DNA of 64,000 nt from Thermoplasmata archaeon (lineage in GTDB: Archaea; Thermoplasmatota; E2; DHVEG-1). The position numbers and the translations under genes were made by a program. The stretch lies in NCBI GenBank assembly GCA_020054495.1, contig JAHWGK010000006.1:4829-68828 (forward strand), in the 5' to 3' direction. Shown piece by piece: positions 36,260-47,200 of this stretch (within the stretch, counting starts at the first letter, position 1; each line of letters begins with the position of its first letter). A model generated the notes under the pieces. That model worked only from the letters and a program-made list of their open reading frames with translations. It ran no database searches and was not told the origin of the DNA.

Positions 36260-37477
36260 CTAAGATTGTGTTTCCATTTTATAATATACAGTTGTAATAT
36301 AATCTCCTGGAATTTGACCAAATGGGATATTACATCTGTAATTCACATTATCAGTCGTTTTCACCGTATTATTATCATCTGCTCCAACAAATGTTGTTGA
36401 AGAACCGTAGAAATATATTGAGTTGTTTCCCTCAAAATTGTTAAATTGAGTCATATCTCCACCTTGTACCCATATAGTTTGATTAGACATATTTGCTGTA
36501 GGATGCGTCTTATGTAGTAATGCGTCTACATCAACTGATAAAGAATAATCTACATTTGACAGAGTATCAATAGTAATGTTAGATGCAACTGATGCATTTT
36601 CTCCTGGTGCCCCATGGATTGTTGGTATTCCTGCACTTTTTATCTGAGTATAAGAGTTTATTCCAAATTCGTCAACAACAAAGGTTGTTTTTGGACTTGA
36701 AGCTTGTTCTCCACTGTCCGTAACTGATATTAGAAAATTCCATGACCAAATATCATTAATTTCATTTTTTGTTTTATCCCAGCTATCATCTCCTGGTGCA
36801 TATCTAAACTGAAAACCAGGAATAAATGAAAAAGTTAGGTTACCGCATTCTGTTTCATTGGAGTTTCCATTAATATCCGCTTCAATTTTTTCTGTGAAGC
36901 TTACTTTGATTACTTCGTTATCTGGCCATAGCATAGTATAACTAGCAGCCCCAGTAGTGTTCTTATATCGCAAGAACATGTTTAGGTTTCCACCCTCTGT
37001 TTGATTATAAATAGTGCCATCATCACCATTGTCAAACCATGCTTGGATATCTATTTGTTCAATGTCATCCCATCCTTGGTGGCTACTGATGTTGATGCAA
37101 AATTTATACTCTTGCTTCACGTCAATCTTAGAGTTTAACATAGAAACGTCTGTTTTTGTTTGAAGATCATACCAATTAATTATCGGTTCGGTTTTATAGG
37201 ATGGTGGCACAGGAGGTCCTGGTGGCACAGGAGGTCCTGGTGGCACAGGAGGTTCTGGAGGTTCTGGGGGTTCTGGTTCTTCTTCTAGTGGGGTTGTTAA
37301 TTTAAGATACGTGTTGTTATCTGAGTCAAAGGTGACATCTGCTGCAAAAGCAGTTTCTATTATTGGAATTACAGCTATTGGGTTGTTAGAAGTAGTAAGT
37401 AATGTTAAAAATATTAGAAAGGTAGCGAAACTTTTCATTATTGTTTTTTCTACCTTTCTGTTCATTTCGCAAGCCAC
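36260..37477 (-). CDS. secreted protein with Pro-rich linker (PEPPEPPEPPVPPGPPVPPGPPVPP) and beta-rich body; possible adhesin or pilus-like subunit
   Basis: 405 aa with a signal peptide (FATFLIFLTLLTTS..AFA), the Pro linker, many N-x-S/T sequons, and a final strand PGDYITTVYYKMETQS. Confidence 0.65.
   Translation of the reverse strand: MACEMNRKVEKTIMKSFATFLIFLTLLTTSNNPIAVIPIIETAFAADVTFDSDNNTYLKLTTPLEEEPEPPEPPEPPVPPGPPVPPGPPVPPSYKTEPIINWYDLQTKTDVSMLNSKIDVKQEYKFCINISSHQGWDDIEQIDIQAWFDNGDDGTIYNQTEGGNLNMFLRYKNTTGAASYTMLWPDNEVIKVSFTEKIEADINGNSNETECGNLTFSFIPGFQFRYAPGDDSWDKTKNEINDIWSWNFLISVTDSGEQASSPKTTFVVDEFGINSYTQIKSAGIPTIHGAPGENASVASNITIDTLSNVDYSLSVDVDALLHKTHPTANMSNQTIWVQGGDMTQFNNFEGNNSIYFYGSSTTFVGADDNNTVKTTDNVNYRCNIPFGQIPGDYITTVYYKMETQS
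37203..37280 (-). repeat. in-frame tandem repeat (18 bp x3, then 9 bp x2-3) encoding the PPVPPG/PEP linker
   Basis: ggtggcacaggaggtcct at 37203-37220 and 37221-37238, ggtggcacaggaggttct at 37239-37256, then ggaggttct, gggggttct and ggttct. Confidence 0.8.
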
Positions 37478-37663
37478 CGTTCCTTTTATCTGTCGTGTTA
37501 AAAAAATTCACGACAAATATTATCATGTATATTGTTCACAAGTATCATTACTTAAAGCTTTGGTGGCAAAAAAACAAACTGTAAAAATTACAAAACGACA
37601 GATTGACACTAAAAATAAGAAAGCAAATCTAGATTAATTTCAGTTATAAGATATAAAATGTGT

Positions 37664-37967
37664 CTATTTTTTAATAGTTTTATTCATGAGAGTATAAACT
37701 GTAATAGTAAGAAGTGGTACAAAAACAATGAAAATGTACTCCTCAATCGGAATTCCAAAAATATTTCCTATGACCGTGTCCTGTGAGAAACTCCAAATTC
37801 CCAGCCTTACAGATAATTGATCCCAAATCACCCCCAGGATAAACAGTAAAAAAAAGAGAAATCGCTAGATTTTTGAAATTAATTCTATTCCGAAGGAAAT
37901 AAAGTAAAATCAGTGAGGGTATTATTGCAAAAAGTAGCATTAGCCCAATATAACTATAATTAGGCAT
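37664..37967 (-). pseudogene. lycopene-cyclase-domain (CrtYc/Yd, CruF-like) small membrane protein interrupted by a 1-nt frameshift in a T8 run
   Basis: The track ORF 37743..37967 carries the N-terminal helix only. The adjacent frame, open from 37864 to TAG 37664-37666, reads ..LLFILGVIWDQLSVRLGIWSFSQDTVIGNIFGIPIEEYIFIVFVPLL... The frames meet at the homopolymer 37848-37855 (A8 on the plus strand). Removing one base gives a continuous protein of about 100 aa. Confidence 0.6.
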
Positions 37968-38020
37968 ATTAAAAGAAAAACAAATAATATTTAATAAATT
38001 CTTGTATGAGTTCTATTTCG

Positions 38021-38938
38021 TTATGCCGCAACAGAGCCCAATATTGTGAGAAATGAGAAACCAAATGCGAAAGCGAAGTAGGTTACATACATCAAGGTCC
38101 ATGAAGATGTATTTTCTAGGAGTCCACCTTTTTTCTTTTCCTTAACCATCAGATGAAATATGAAGTATCCAGGTATTGCTAAGAATGTTAGTAACCATAA
38201 GTATGAATCTAGTATACCACTATCAATCAATAAAGGAATATATGCAAAGGGGAAAAACATGAATGGTAGTGACATCAATGCTGCTTTTTTAATTCCAAAT
38301 GTGTTAACTAGTGTCCGTGTACCAGTTTTTTTATCAGCTTCGCTATCTACAATATCTTTTGTGATTGATCCGCCGATTAAGAAGAACATAGCAATCAAAC
38401 CAATAGCCATTGGCAATGGTTCCAACGCGTTACCAAAAACACTCCAAGAAGCTAGTATACCAAGAAGTCCACGTGGCACTCCAACCCATAACTGATTTAG
38501 GAATAAAACGTCTTTTATTCTGGGTGGAAGTGAGTAAGTGACTGTAAAAATTACAATAAGCAGAACAAATACACTGAACATGATATTAACAAGTATTGAT
38601 AAAGAAAAAGCAGTAATATACAATATAATTGACATAACTTTGGCTTCAATAAGAGATACGTCACCTCTAACTATGGGACGATATGGTTTTGATATTTTAT
38701 CTGACTCAACATCTGTGATTTGATTTAGTGTATTTGAAGCTCCGTTTAATATTGCAAGAGCAAAACTAGCAGGTATTATTGTTGTCCACCAGATAGTAAA
38801 AAGACCATCTGTTCTTCCGTTATAGAAGAAACTTGCAATCATTATACATGCAGATACAATAATTGGTGCAAGTAGTGTAAAAGGACGTATTAAATCGAAA
38901 TAGCCTATGATGCATTGTTTGAGTCTTATTATCTTCAT
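38021..38938 (-). CDS. UbiA-family aromatic/isoprenoid prenyltransferase
   Basis: 305 aa, 8-9 TM, with Asp-rich motifs NQITDVESDKISKPYRPI and KDIVDSEADKKTG. Confidence 0.85.
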   Translation of the reverse strand: MKIIRLKQCIIGYFDLIRPFTLLAPIIVSACIMIASFFYNGRTDGLFTIWWTTIIPASFALAILNGASNTLNQITDVESDKISKPYRPIVRGDVSLIEAKVMSIILYITAFSLSILVNIMFSVFVLLIVIFTVTYSLPPRIKDVLFLNQLWVGVPRGLLGILASWSVFGNALEPLPMAIGLIAMFFLIGGSITKDIVDSEADKKTGTRTLVNTFGIKKAALMSLPFMFFPFAYIPLLIDSGILDSYLWLLTFLAIPGYFIFHLMVKEKKKGGLLENTSSWTLMYVTYFAFAFGFSFLTILGSVAA

Positions 38939-38968
38939 TTTCTATCTCTCCGATGATAACAAGTTTGT

Positions 38969-39000
38969 GCCTGTTAGAATATAAAGGTTGTTTAACAGGC
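38969..39000. promoter_or_regulatory. 8-bp GC-rich palindrome in the divergent UbiA/thpR intergenic region
   Basis: GCCTGTTA (38969-38976), a 16-nt gap, then TAACAGGC (38993-39000). It stands out in an AT-rich spacer. Confidence 0.25.
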
Positions 39001-39099
39001 GTTATCCAAAATCAAAAAATAACCAAAAGAGGCTGTTTTGGCACCAAAATAGATTTTATAGAAGTAAGATATTCATGGATATACTATCAGGAGGAGTAA

Positions 39100-39654
39100 A
39101 TGTCAAAATTTAGAGGATTTATAGCTATAGATATTGGCTCTTTTCCAAAGCTAGTACAATTTGAAAACGAAATCAAGAATACAGGGGCAAATACAAAACT
39201 TGTCGAGCTTGAAAATGTTCATATTACTCTCAAGTTTCTTGGAGATACTGATGAAGAACAAATAGATAGGATCGAAGAAATTATTAAAGATGCAGTAAAG
39301 GAAATCAATTCTTTTGAAATTCAATTGAAGGGCGCAGGGGTTTTTCCAAATGAAAATTACATTAGAATTATGTGGATAGGAATAAAAAACGGGGAAAAAA
39401 TAGGGGAAATTGCATATAAAATTGATGAACAAATATCTGAACTTGGTTTTCAAAAAGAAAGAAGGAAATTTTCTGCACATTTAACAATTGCACGTGTTAA
39501 ATCTGTAAGAAATAAAGAAAAACTTTTACAAGTAATCGAAAAATTTAGAGATGCTGAGTTTGGAAATTTTAAAGTCGACTCTATTAAATTAAAGAAAAGT
39601 GAATTGACTCAAAAAGGACCTATTTATACAACGCTAAAAGAGGTAAAAATATAA
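39100..39654 (+). CDS. thpR: RNA 2',3'-cyclic phosphodiesterase / 2'-5' RNA ligase (2H family)
   Basis: 184 aa with two H-x-T/S-x motifs (HITLKF, HLTIAR). Confidence 0.88.
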   Translation: MSKFRGFIAIDIGSFPKLVQFENEIKNTGANTKLVELENVHITLKFLGDTDEEQIDRIEEIIKDAVKEINSFEIQLKGAGVFPNENYIRIMWIGIKNGEKIGEIAYKIDEQISELGFQKERRKFSAHLTIARVKSVRNKEKLLQVIEKFRDAEFGNFKVDSIKLKKSELTQKGPIYTTLKEVKI

Positions 39655-39695
39655 CTATAGTGGTGGTGAAATAAATAGAAACATGGATTATTGTT

Positions 39696-40463
39696 TTGGG
39701 GTTAATCAATTTTATACTGCTACTATTTAGTTTGAAAATCTTTATTCCAAAGGAATTTTATCAGAGAAAAGATATAGCAATTTTCCAAATTATTAGAAAA
39801 CATCTTCCGTTTTTGTTATTACTATTTGGAGTTGTTGCTTTTCATCTTTTTGAAGTAAATGTTATCGACCCTCAAATAACAGAATGGATAGGGCAAGATT
39901 TTACAAATAATATTAAAAATATTGAGGGAGATACTGTATTTTGGTTTTCACAACACTGGATACCAACTCTTACTTATTTCTTTGTAATAATGTACATAGC
40001 TGTGTATCCTTTTACGCTATGGTTTTCTCCTACATATTTCTTAATAACAGATAATAAAAAAGCAATGAAAACACTTGCATATGGACTACTGCTGATTTAT
40101 ATCATCGCACTTCCATTTTACCTATTTGTACCAATAACAAATGTTTACACCTATTACAATGTAAATTCAGCTCTTGAAAGTGTTATTCCATCTGTTGAAA
40201 ACTTTTTTTATACAACTACAACCCATAACAATTGCTTACCATCACTTCATACAGCTATGACAATACTAATGGCCCATACTGTTGGTTTAACCGGAAATCG
40301 AAAACTAACATATTTTACATATTTTACGATGATATCAGTCATAATCTCAGTCATATATTTATCGATACACTGGATTACGGATGTAATAACTGGTGCTTTA
40401 CTTGCAATTGGAGTAATACTCATATTGAAAAAATTCATGAAGGATGAAGGGCAAAATGAATGA
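39696..40463 (+). CDS. PAP2-superfamily membrane phosphatase/transferase
   Basis: 255 aa, polytopic, with PSLHTAM and SIHWITDVITG motifs. TTG start as in the track. Confidence 0.65.
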   Translation: MGLINFILLLFSLKIFIPKEFYQRKDIAIFQIIRKHLPFLLLLFGVVAFHLFEVNVIDPQITEWIGQDFTNNIKNIEGDTVFWFSQHWIPTLTYFFVIMYIAVYPFTLWFSPTYFLITDNKKAMKTLAYGLLLIYIIALPFYLFVPITNVYTYYNVNSALESVIPSVENFFYTTTTHNNCLPSLHTAMTILMAHTVGLTGNRKLTYFTYFTMISVIISVIYLSIHWITDVITGALLAIGVILILKKFMKDEGQNE

Positions 40464-41820
40464 AAAAGAAATAGAAAAGCAAATCTTAGATCAAATTACT
40501 CCTTCTTCAGAATACAGAAAAAAACTTAAAACAGTTATTCAAGAGATAAAAGAAAAACTCAAACAAGAAATTACTGAGAGAGATCTCCCTGTTTCCATTG
40601 AACTAGTAGGATCAACAGCTAAAGATACCTACTTAAAAGATAATCTAGATATCGATTTTTTTCTACTATTTCCCACAAAATTTCAAAAAGAAGACATAGC
40701 AAAAAATGCTCTTTCAATAGGGAAAAAACTTCTCAAAGACACTGAAGAATCCTATGCAGAACATCCATATCTTAGGGGATATTACAAGGATTATTATGTA
40801 GAAATAGTTCCATGTTACAAGATTGAAAAAGCATCACAAAAAATATCAGCAGTAGATCGAACCCCACTGCATACAAAATATGTAAAAGAAAATCTACCGG
40901 CATCACAAAAACAAGAGGTGCTTTTATTCAAACAATTCCTTAGAGGGATTGGATGCTATGGTGCTGAAGCAGAAATTGAAGGATTTTCAGGTTATTTATG
41001 CGAAATTTTAATTATTAAATATGGTTCTTTAAAAAAATTAATAGAAAATGCAAACAACTGGAAGACAGGAGAAAAGTTTGTATTTTCTAAAGTGAAATCT
41101 CCAAGTTTTGACACGCCACTTACAGTTATTGATCCAGTTGACACAAATAGAAACGTGGCCTCTGCTCTCTCAAAAGAAAAGTTTGACTTATTTGTAAGAG
41201 CGTGCAGAGAATATTTGAAAAAACCAAGTGTTACCTTCTTTTTTCCAAACAAAATAAAACCTTGGTCATTAGAGGAAATAAAAAAGGAAATACAAACACA
41301 AAAATGTCTTTATATCGGTATAAAATTTGATAAACCAGATATAATCACTGAGAATCTTTATCCTCAGATTAGAAAAGCTTCACGATCAATAAGGGATACT
41401 TGTGAAAGATACGATTTTAAAATCTATGATATAACATTTCACATAGATGACAAAGAAAGTATTATCTATATTATAGTCAAAACAAAAGATGAAACACTAT
41501 CAAAAACACTCAAACATATGGGACCACCTACAAAATTGGAAAAAAATGCAGATGAATTTGTTAAAAAATGGAATAGTGATTCAAGAGTAATAAGCACACC
41601 CTATGAAAAAAACGGCAGATTATATGTTGAAATAAAACGAGAATACTTAGATATAAATCACTTTTTGAAAGATAAAATCAAAAATCTGAGTACAGGTAAA
41701 CATATCGACAAAATTGTAAAAAAAAGATATTCAATTTTAGAGATGAAAGAGCTATTCAAAGATAACTTGAGAGAGTTTTGGACTGAATACTTAGATGGAA
41801 AAATGTCTTGGGAAAGATAG
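40456..41820 (+). CDS. cca: CCA-adding tRNA nucleotidyltransferase (archaeal class I)
   Basis: ORF track 40444..41820. GSTAKDTYL..DIDFFLLF nucleotidyltransferase motif. ATG 40456 has better SD spacing (GAAGGG). Overlaps the PAP2 gene end. Confidence 0.9.
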   Translation: MNEKEIEKQILDQITPSSEYRKKLKTVIQEIKEKLKQEITERDLPVSIELVGSTAKDTYLKDNLDIDFFLLFPTKFQKEDIAKNALSIGKKLLKDTEESYAEHPYLRGYYKDYYVEIVPCYKIEKASQKISAVDRTPLHTKYVKENLPASQKQEVLLFKQFLRGIGCYGAEAEIEGFSGYLCEILIIKYGSLKKLIENANNWKTGEKFVFSKVKSPSFDTPLTVIDPVDTNRNVASALSKEKFDLFVRACREYLKKPSVTFFFPNKIKPWSLEEIKKEIQTQKCLYIGIKFDKPDIITENLYPQIRKASRSIRDTCERYDFKIYDITFHIDDKESIIYIIVKTKDETLSKTLKHMGPPTKLEKNADEFVKKWNSDSRVISTPYEKNGRLYVEIKREYLDINHFLKDKIKNLSTGKHIDKIVKKRYSILEMKELFKDNLREFWTEYLDGKMSWER

Positions 41821-41821
41821 A

Positions 41822-42598
41822 ATGAAAACTATTGGAGTTTTCACAAAGGATTTTTCGTTATATTATGATCTTATAAAAGTACTCAGGAAAAGAAAGATAC
41901 CATATGTTTCGCTTTCATCTGTTGATCATATTCCAAGCAGGATTGGTGTTATACTCACTTCTAATAATGAATTACATGATATAAAATCTCAAAAAGTAAT
42001 TGCAGCTGATGCTTATGATACTGTTGATCATGCGCTGGATTTAGCTCTTCAAATGTTAATCGGGAAAGACTTGTATTCTAAGGTTTTTATTGGCATAGAT
42101 CCTGGTGATCAACCTGGTGTAGCCATTGTTGGTGACGATATTATTTTACAAAAAATAAATGTTGAAACACCAGAAAAAGTTGTGACAGTTATTAAAAGAA
42201 TCCTAAGGGAGTATCCAGCTTTAGAAACTTTAATACGAATAGGTCACGGATCTGTAATAACGAGAAATAGAATAATCAATTCATTAATTATACTTAAAAT
42301 TCCAATAGAAATTGTTGACGAAACAAAAACAACTCCATCTCAACAGGTTAGAAGACATGAACGAGATAGTGAAGCCGCTGCTGCAATAGCCCTTTTAACT
42401 GGTGGTAAGGTACAGAAACAGTTACCATTAGAGCCTACAAAAGGTGAAATCAGAAATATTCAGGAACGCAGCAGGAAGCTTACAGATGGAAAATTTTCAA
42501 TTTCTGAGAAAACTGCTATTGAGGTTTTAAAGGGTAAATTAAGTCTAAAAAAAGCAATTGATTTAGAAAAAAATCGTAAGATACCCAAACGTTTATGA
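41822..42598 (+). CDS. predicted RNase H-fold (RuvC/YqgF-like) nuclease-domain protein
   Basis: ORF track 41795..42598. ATG 41822 (MKTIGVF) lies just after the cca stop. IGIDPGDQPGVA and ERDSEAAAAIA resemble the first and last acidic motifs of RuvC/YqgF-type folds. Confidence 0.4.
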   Translation: MKTIGVFTKDFSLYYDLIKVLRKRKIPYVSLSSVDHIPSRIGVILTSNNELHDIKSQKVIAADAYDTVDHALDLALQMLIGKDLYSKVFIGIDPGDQPGVAIVGDDIILQKINVETPEKVVTVIKRILREYPALETLIRIGHGSVITRNRIINSLIILKIPIEIVDETKTTPSQQVRRHERDSEAAAAIALLTGGKVQKQLPLEPTKGEIRNIQERSRKLTDGKFSISEKTAIEVLKGKLSLKKAIDLEKNRKIPKRL

Positions 42599-42629
42599 AG
42601 CGCTCTCATATGCTGATTAGGTAAGAGTG

Positions 42630-44180
42630 ATGAAGGCTAAAAGAGCTCTGATTAGCGTTTCAGATAAAGAAGGTATAACTGATTTTGCAAAAGGTCTATC
42701 TAATCTTGATATAGAGATTTTTTCAACTGGTGGGACAGCATCTGTTTTAAGTAAAGCGGGTATAAAAATCAAAGAAGTATCAGATATCACTGGTTTTCCA
42801 GAAATGCTTGACGGAAGGGTAAAAACACTTCATCCAATTATTCATGCAGGTATTCTTGCAAAAAGGGATGAAAAAAAACATATAGATGTGCTAAAAAAAC
42901 ATAGCATAGATACTATAGACATATTGGTTTGTAACCTGTATCCTTTTGAAAAAACTATAAAAAAACCAAAGGTTGGTATTGAAGAAGTCATCGAAAATAT
43001 AGATATCGGTGGTCCTACTCTTATTAGAGCTGCTGCTAAAAACTATAAAGATGTCGTTGTAGTGACGAATACAGATCAGTATAATGATGTTTTAAAATCT
43101 TTTGAGTCAAATGGAGAGCTGAGTTTAGGGGAAAAAGAAAAACTAGCATTGGATGCTTTTGCTCATACCGCACAATACGATTCAATTATTTCGAATTATC
43201 TAAGGTATAAATGGACAGATGATATATTGCCAGATGAAAATAGCATTGCTATGAGAAAAATTAAGGATATGCGGTATGGAGAGAATCCTCACTTAAAAGG
43301 TGCTTTTTATAAATCATTACCAGAAATTAAAGAGCCTTGTATTATAAATGCTGAAAAAATTCAGGGAAAAGAGCTTTCATATAATAACATTCTTGATAGT
43401 GACTGTGCTATTGAGTGTATTAAAGAATTTTCCAATCCTACTTGTGTAATTATAAAACATGCAACGCCTTGTGGAATCGCAAGTGCAGATGATTTGTTAC
43501 AAGCATGGAAAGATGCCTATGCAACTGATACAAATTCTCCTTTTGGCGGTATTGTAGCATTTAATAGAGAATTAGAAAAAGATGTGGCAGAAGAACTTTC
43601 AAATCTATTTTTAGAAGTGATAATTGCATTAGGATTTACTAAGGAATCGTTGGAAATTTTTAGTAAAAAGAAAAACCTTAGACTCCTTGAACTTAAAAAT
43701 CTTGATAAAATAATTGACAGAAAAGGCATAGTGTTTAGAAGTGTTGTTGGAGGTTTTCTTTCACAGGAGCGAGATGTTAAATTAACTTCTAGAAAAGATT
43801 GGAAGATAGTTACAAAGAAAAAACCTACAGAAAAAGAACTTCATTCAATGGAGTTTGCAGTTAAATGTGTAAAGCACATAAAATCAAATTCAGTTGTTTT
43901 TGTAAAAGATGCACATACTGTTGGAATTGGTGGTGGGCAAACCGCTCGTGTTGATGCTGCATGGATTGCAACTCATAAGGGAAAAGAAAATATCAAAGAT
44001 TCTACTATGGCTAGTGATGCATTTTTCCCATTCAGAGATGCCGTTGATATAGCAGCGGAAGCAGGTGTAAAAGCAATCATTCAACCAGGTGGATCTATCC
44101 GGGATGATGAAGTGATTCAAGCCGCAGATGGCCATAATATAGCTATGGTTTTTTCAGGTCAGCGTTATTTTAGACATTAA
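42630..44180 (+). CDS. purH: bifunctional AICAR transformylase / IMP cyclohydrolase
   Basis: About 516 aa with an MGS-like N-terminus (ALISVSDKEGI, TGGTA) and an AICARFT C-terminal half (..SGQRYFRH*). Confidence 0.95.
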   Translation: MKAKRALISVSDKEGITDFAKGLSNLDIEIFSTGGTASVLSKAGIKIKEVSDITGFPEMLDGRVKTLHPIIHAGILAKRDEKKHIDVLKKHSIDTIDILVCNLYPFEKTIKKPKVGIEEVIENIDIGGPTLIRAAAKNYKDVVVVTNTDQYNDVLKSFESNGELSLGEKEKLALDAFAHTAQYDSIISNYLRYKWTDDILPDENSIAMRKIKDMRYGENPHLKGAFYKSLPEIKEPCIINAEKIQGKELSYNNILDSDCAIECIKEFSNPTCVIIKHATPCGIASADDLLQAWKDAYATDTNSPFGGIVAFNRELEKDVAEELSNLFLEVIIALGFTKESLEIFSKKKNLRLLELKNLDKIIDRKGIVFRSVVGGFLSQERDVKLTSRKDWKIVTKKKPTEKELHSMEFAVKCVKHIKSNSVVFVKDAHTVGIGGGQTARVDAAWIATHKGKENIKDSTMASDAFFPFRDAVDIAAEAGVKAIIQPGGSIRDDEVIQAADGHNIAMVFSGQRYFRH

Positions 44181-44227
44181 ATAAAGAAAAAAATGAGAGG
44201 AGATTTAGGACTATAGCAAAATATTTT

Positions 44228-47200
44228 TTATTGTAGTCCTAATCGTAGTAGTAGACGTTGTAGAATTGGAAATAGATCAGGATAATTCTGTTGGAACCAT
44301 TGCAATAGCATTGTGGTTACCTTGTTTCTTGGCATAGTAACAGTAAGTGTTCCCTCGGTACCAATAAAACCATTGATGTCTTTTGCTTTAGCAGTAATTA
44401 TATAATCACCCCGTTCAGCCCATGTATGACTTGCAAATGCATCTTCTCCAGATGCAAAAGGACCTGCGATGATTTCTTCCCCAGTACCGTCACCCCAGTC
44501 TACAATATACTCTGCGATGTCATCATCATCAGGATCTATTGATTTAAAACTGTATTCATACTCTGTTCCAGCATCTCCATTATCTTCACCATCTATTATA
44601 GGTGCATTTGGCGGTTCATTACCAGGTTCAGGTTCTGTTGTGAACGTATAAACTTCTTCTGTTGTTTCGCCACTACCATCTGGATCTGTAGCACTCACAT
44701 ACCAAGTATATATGGTACTATAATCTAGACCAGAAATACTACATGTTTTTGTACCCTCACTTTCACCTGTACCACTATTGCTACCAACATCAGGACTGGT
44801 TGTAATACTCCAATCAAAGCTATTTTCCTCAGGGTCTGCTATATAAACAGATAACGAAGATGTAGTTATGGGTACACCAGTAGCACCGTCAAGTGGATCT
44901 TCATTTGAAAACACAGGTGGAAAATTCGGTGGCGCACTTTCTTTAGTGAAGAAATCCCACACAAGGCCAATAGTACTTTCACCGTATGGATCCCATGCGA
45001 CAATCTGCCACCAATAATGCGTGTTATACTCTAGCGGATTTGGTGGAGTATAACTGGTTTCTGATTGATTGTGTGATACTAAAACATCAGGGGTTTGATC
45101 ATTTGCTTCAAGATATACACAATACGTTACAGGATCACCATTTGGATCACTACAAGTCCAACTCAGGGTAGGAGTAACACCAACATTTGTTGCGCCATCG
45201 GGTGGATAGGGATTACTAGGGGGATAAGGTGGTAGGTTGTCCTCTGGGACTGTAGCTTCTCCCATATATGGGCAGAAATTATGTTTGGTGACAGTTACAT
45301 ACATGACACCCCCAGAAGACGGCACGGGATAAAACGTTACATCTCCAGCTGAATTTGTATAGCCTGTTAAATATACTTCATCCTCTTTTGATAAACAGAC
45401 ATATGCGCCATTGACATTGGTTCCTCCTGTAGTTTCAACATGAACTGTGAAAGATGAAGAGCTAACAGTATCAGGATGAGTTACATCAAGATTCTGTGGA
45501 GCTGCTGTCCATATCTCCATACTTGGATCCCCAAAAACATGGAACAACTCAAAGGTATACCTTTCATACCCCCAGGGATCACCCCATGTGTTTCCCATGT
45601 ATGTTTTACCGTTATTCAATATTTCTCCTAAGGTATAAAGCGGAATATCACCACCAATATCCTGATCAAAATCAGGCCAGATAGCATCATAAAAACCACG
45701 ACATAAAAAGTCGTTATACCCACTATAGCTTACTCGAGTTGCACCAAAAACAGCAACGGCACCTCCACCATCTTTTCTTATAAATTTTTCACAGAAACAC
45801 TCATAATTATCAAACTTACCAGTCAGACAATTAATGCTGAACACAACAGGAGTAAGATCACCATTTGTTAACCCCGCTATATGAGAAGATTGGAAATAAG
45901 GATCACCCCAGCCACCTTCAGACCCATGATCCCGATGATTCAAGATAAACACTCCTGACTCTATTGCGTTGATAATATCATCAGCATCACCATCCCAAGC
46001 AAACGTTGGACGAAGAAGCTCAGGCGGTAAAGGCTCTCCATTACCATAATAACCATTATTATAATGAGTAGGATAAACACTTGGTTCTGTAACATAAATA
46101 CGTTCTCCATCATAACCCTCTGATAACAGATAATCCCTGACTTCCTCAGAGGTTCTCACAAACCTCCTAGTTTCATATCCATTATGCTCATCATCCTGGA
46201 AATATGCTGCTACCGCAAAATCTTCATAATAACTAGTAGCAGTAGGAGGAGCCTGCTCATATTTTAGTATTTTTTCAACAATTACTTCAGCTTCTTGAGA
46301 CGTATCAGCAGGTATTCTTCCAATAAAAAGATCAGGGTAATAATCAGATCCACTAACAGTAGCATACCACAAATCTGATGCAGCAGAATAAACATAATTA
46401 GTTGGCACATATTCAGCATCACCAACAAGTAGAACATACGATGGTTTCAGATCCCATGTATCATATGCATTTTGAATATATTGACGTATCTGTGAAGAAG
46501 TACTTCCTGCTTCAATAGTGTCAACAACTTTAGTAAATAATCCTTTAGAGTGCTTCCAATCTGCCAGCTCAAGAATCTCCATATAAAAATCAGGATGAGT
46601 AATAATTAAATAATCACATCCCTCCTCCCGTGATCCACTACCTGAACCTTGTGAGGATTCATCAAATATGGTATTTTCCAAAAACTCTTGCCAATTCTCA
46701 AATACGTTTTCATAAAACCGGGTAAACAATACATTATCAAAACCTGATTCCACAGCCACTTTTTCACCCTCATCCCAAGATAGCTCTATAACGATTTCAT
46801 CATAAATAGTTGCAATTTCTTGTTTTGGATTACATTGAACCGGGTAAAACTCAATTTTCACAAAACAAATATCACGAATCTTACCATCATACACCAATTC
46901 AACTAGCTTTCCAGGATACTCGATATCCTGCTGGTAAAACGATTCATCAATTATAAACTCAGTATTATCACCCGTTTCACTATCAGACTGAGGACTCTGA
47001 GCAGGATACACCCGGCCAACCCAACTAGACTCCATAACTTCAGCATCAACAACATTCAAAGATACATCCAATGTAGGAACAGCAAAAATACAAGTCACAA
47101 CAGGCAACTGTGGTTTACCCAAGTCACCGATAAAACCGGCATTAGGGATATTAAACGTGGTAAAGGTACCATGCTCGGTCACATCTTGATCTTGTATTAG

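Noticed and set aside
37311-37637. 108-aa plus-strand ORF
   Set aside because: It is antisense to the 5' end of the secreted-protein gene 36260..37477 and runs into its promoter region. No motifs.
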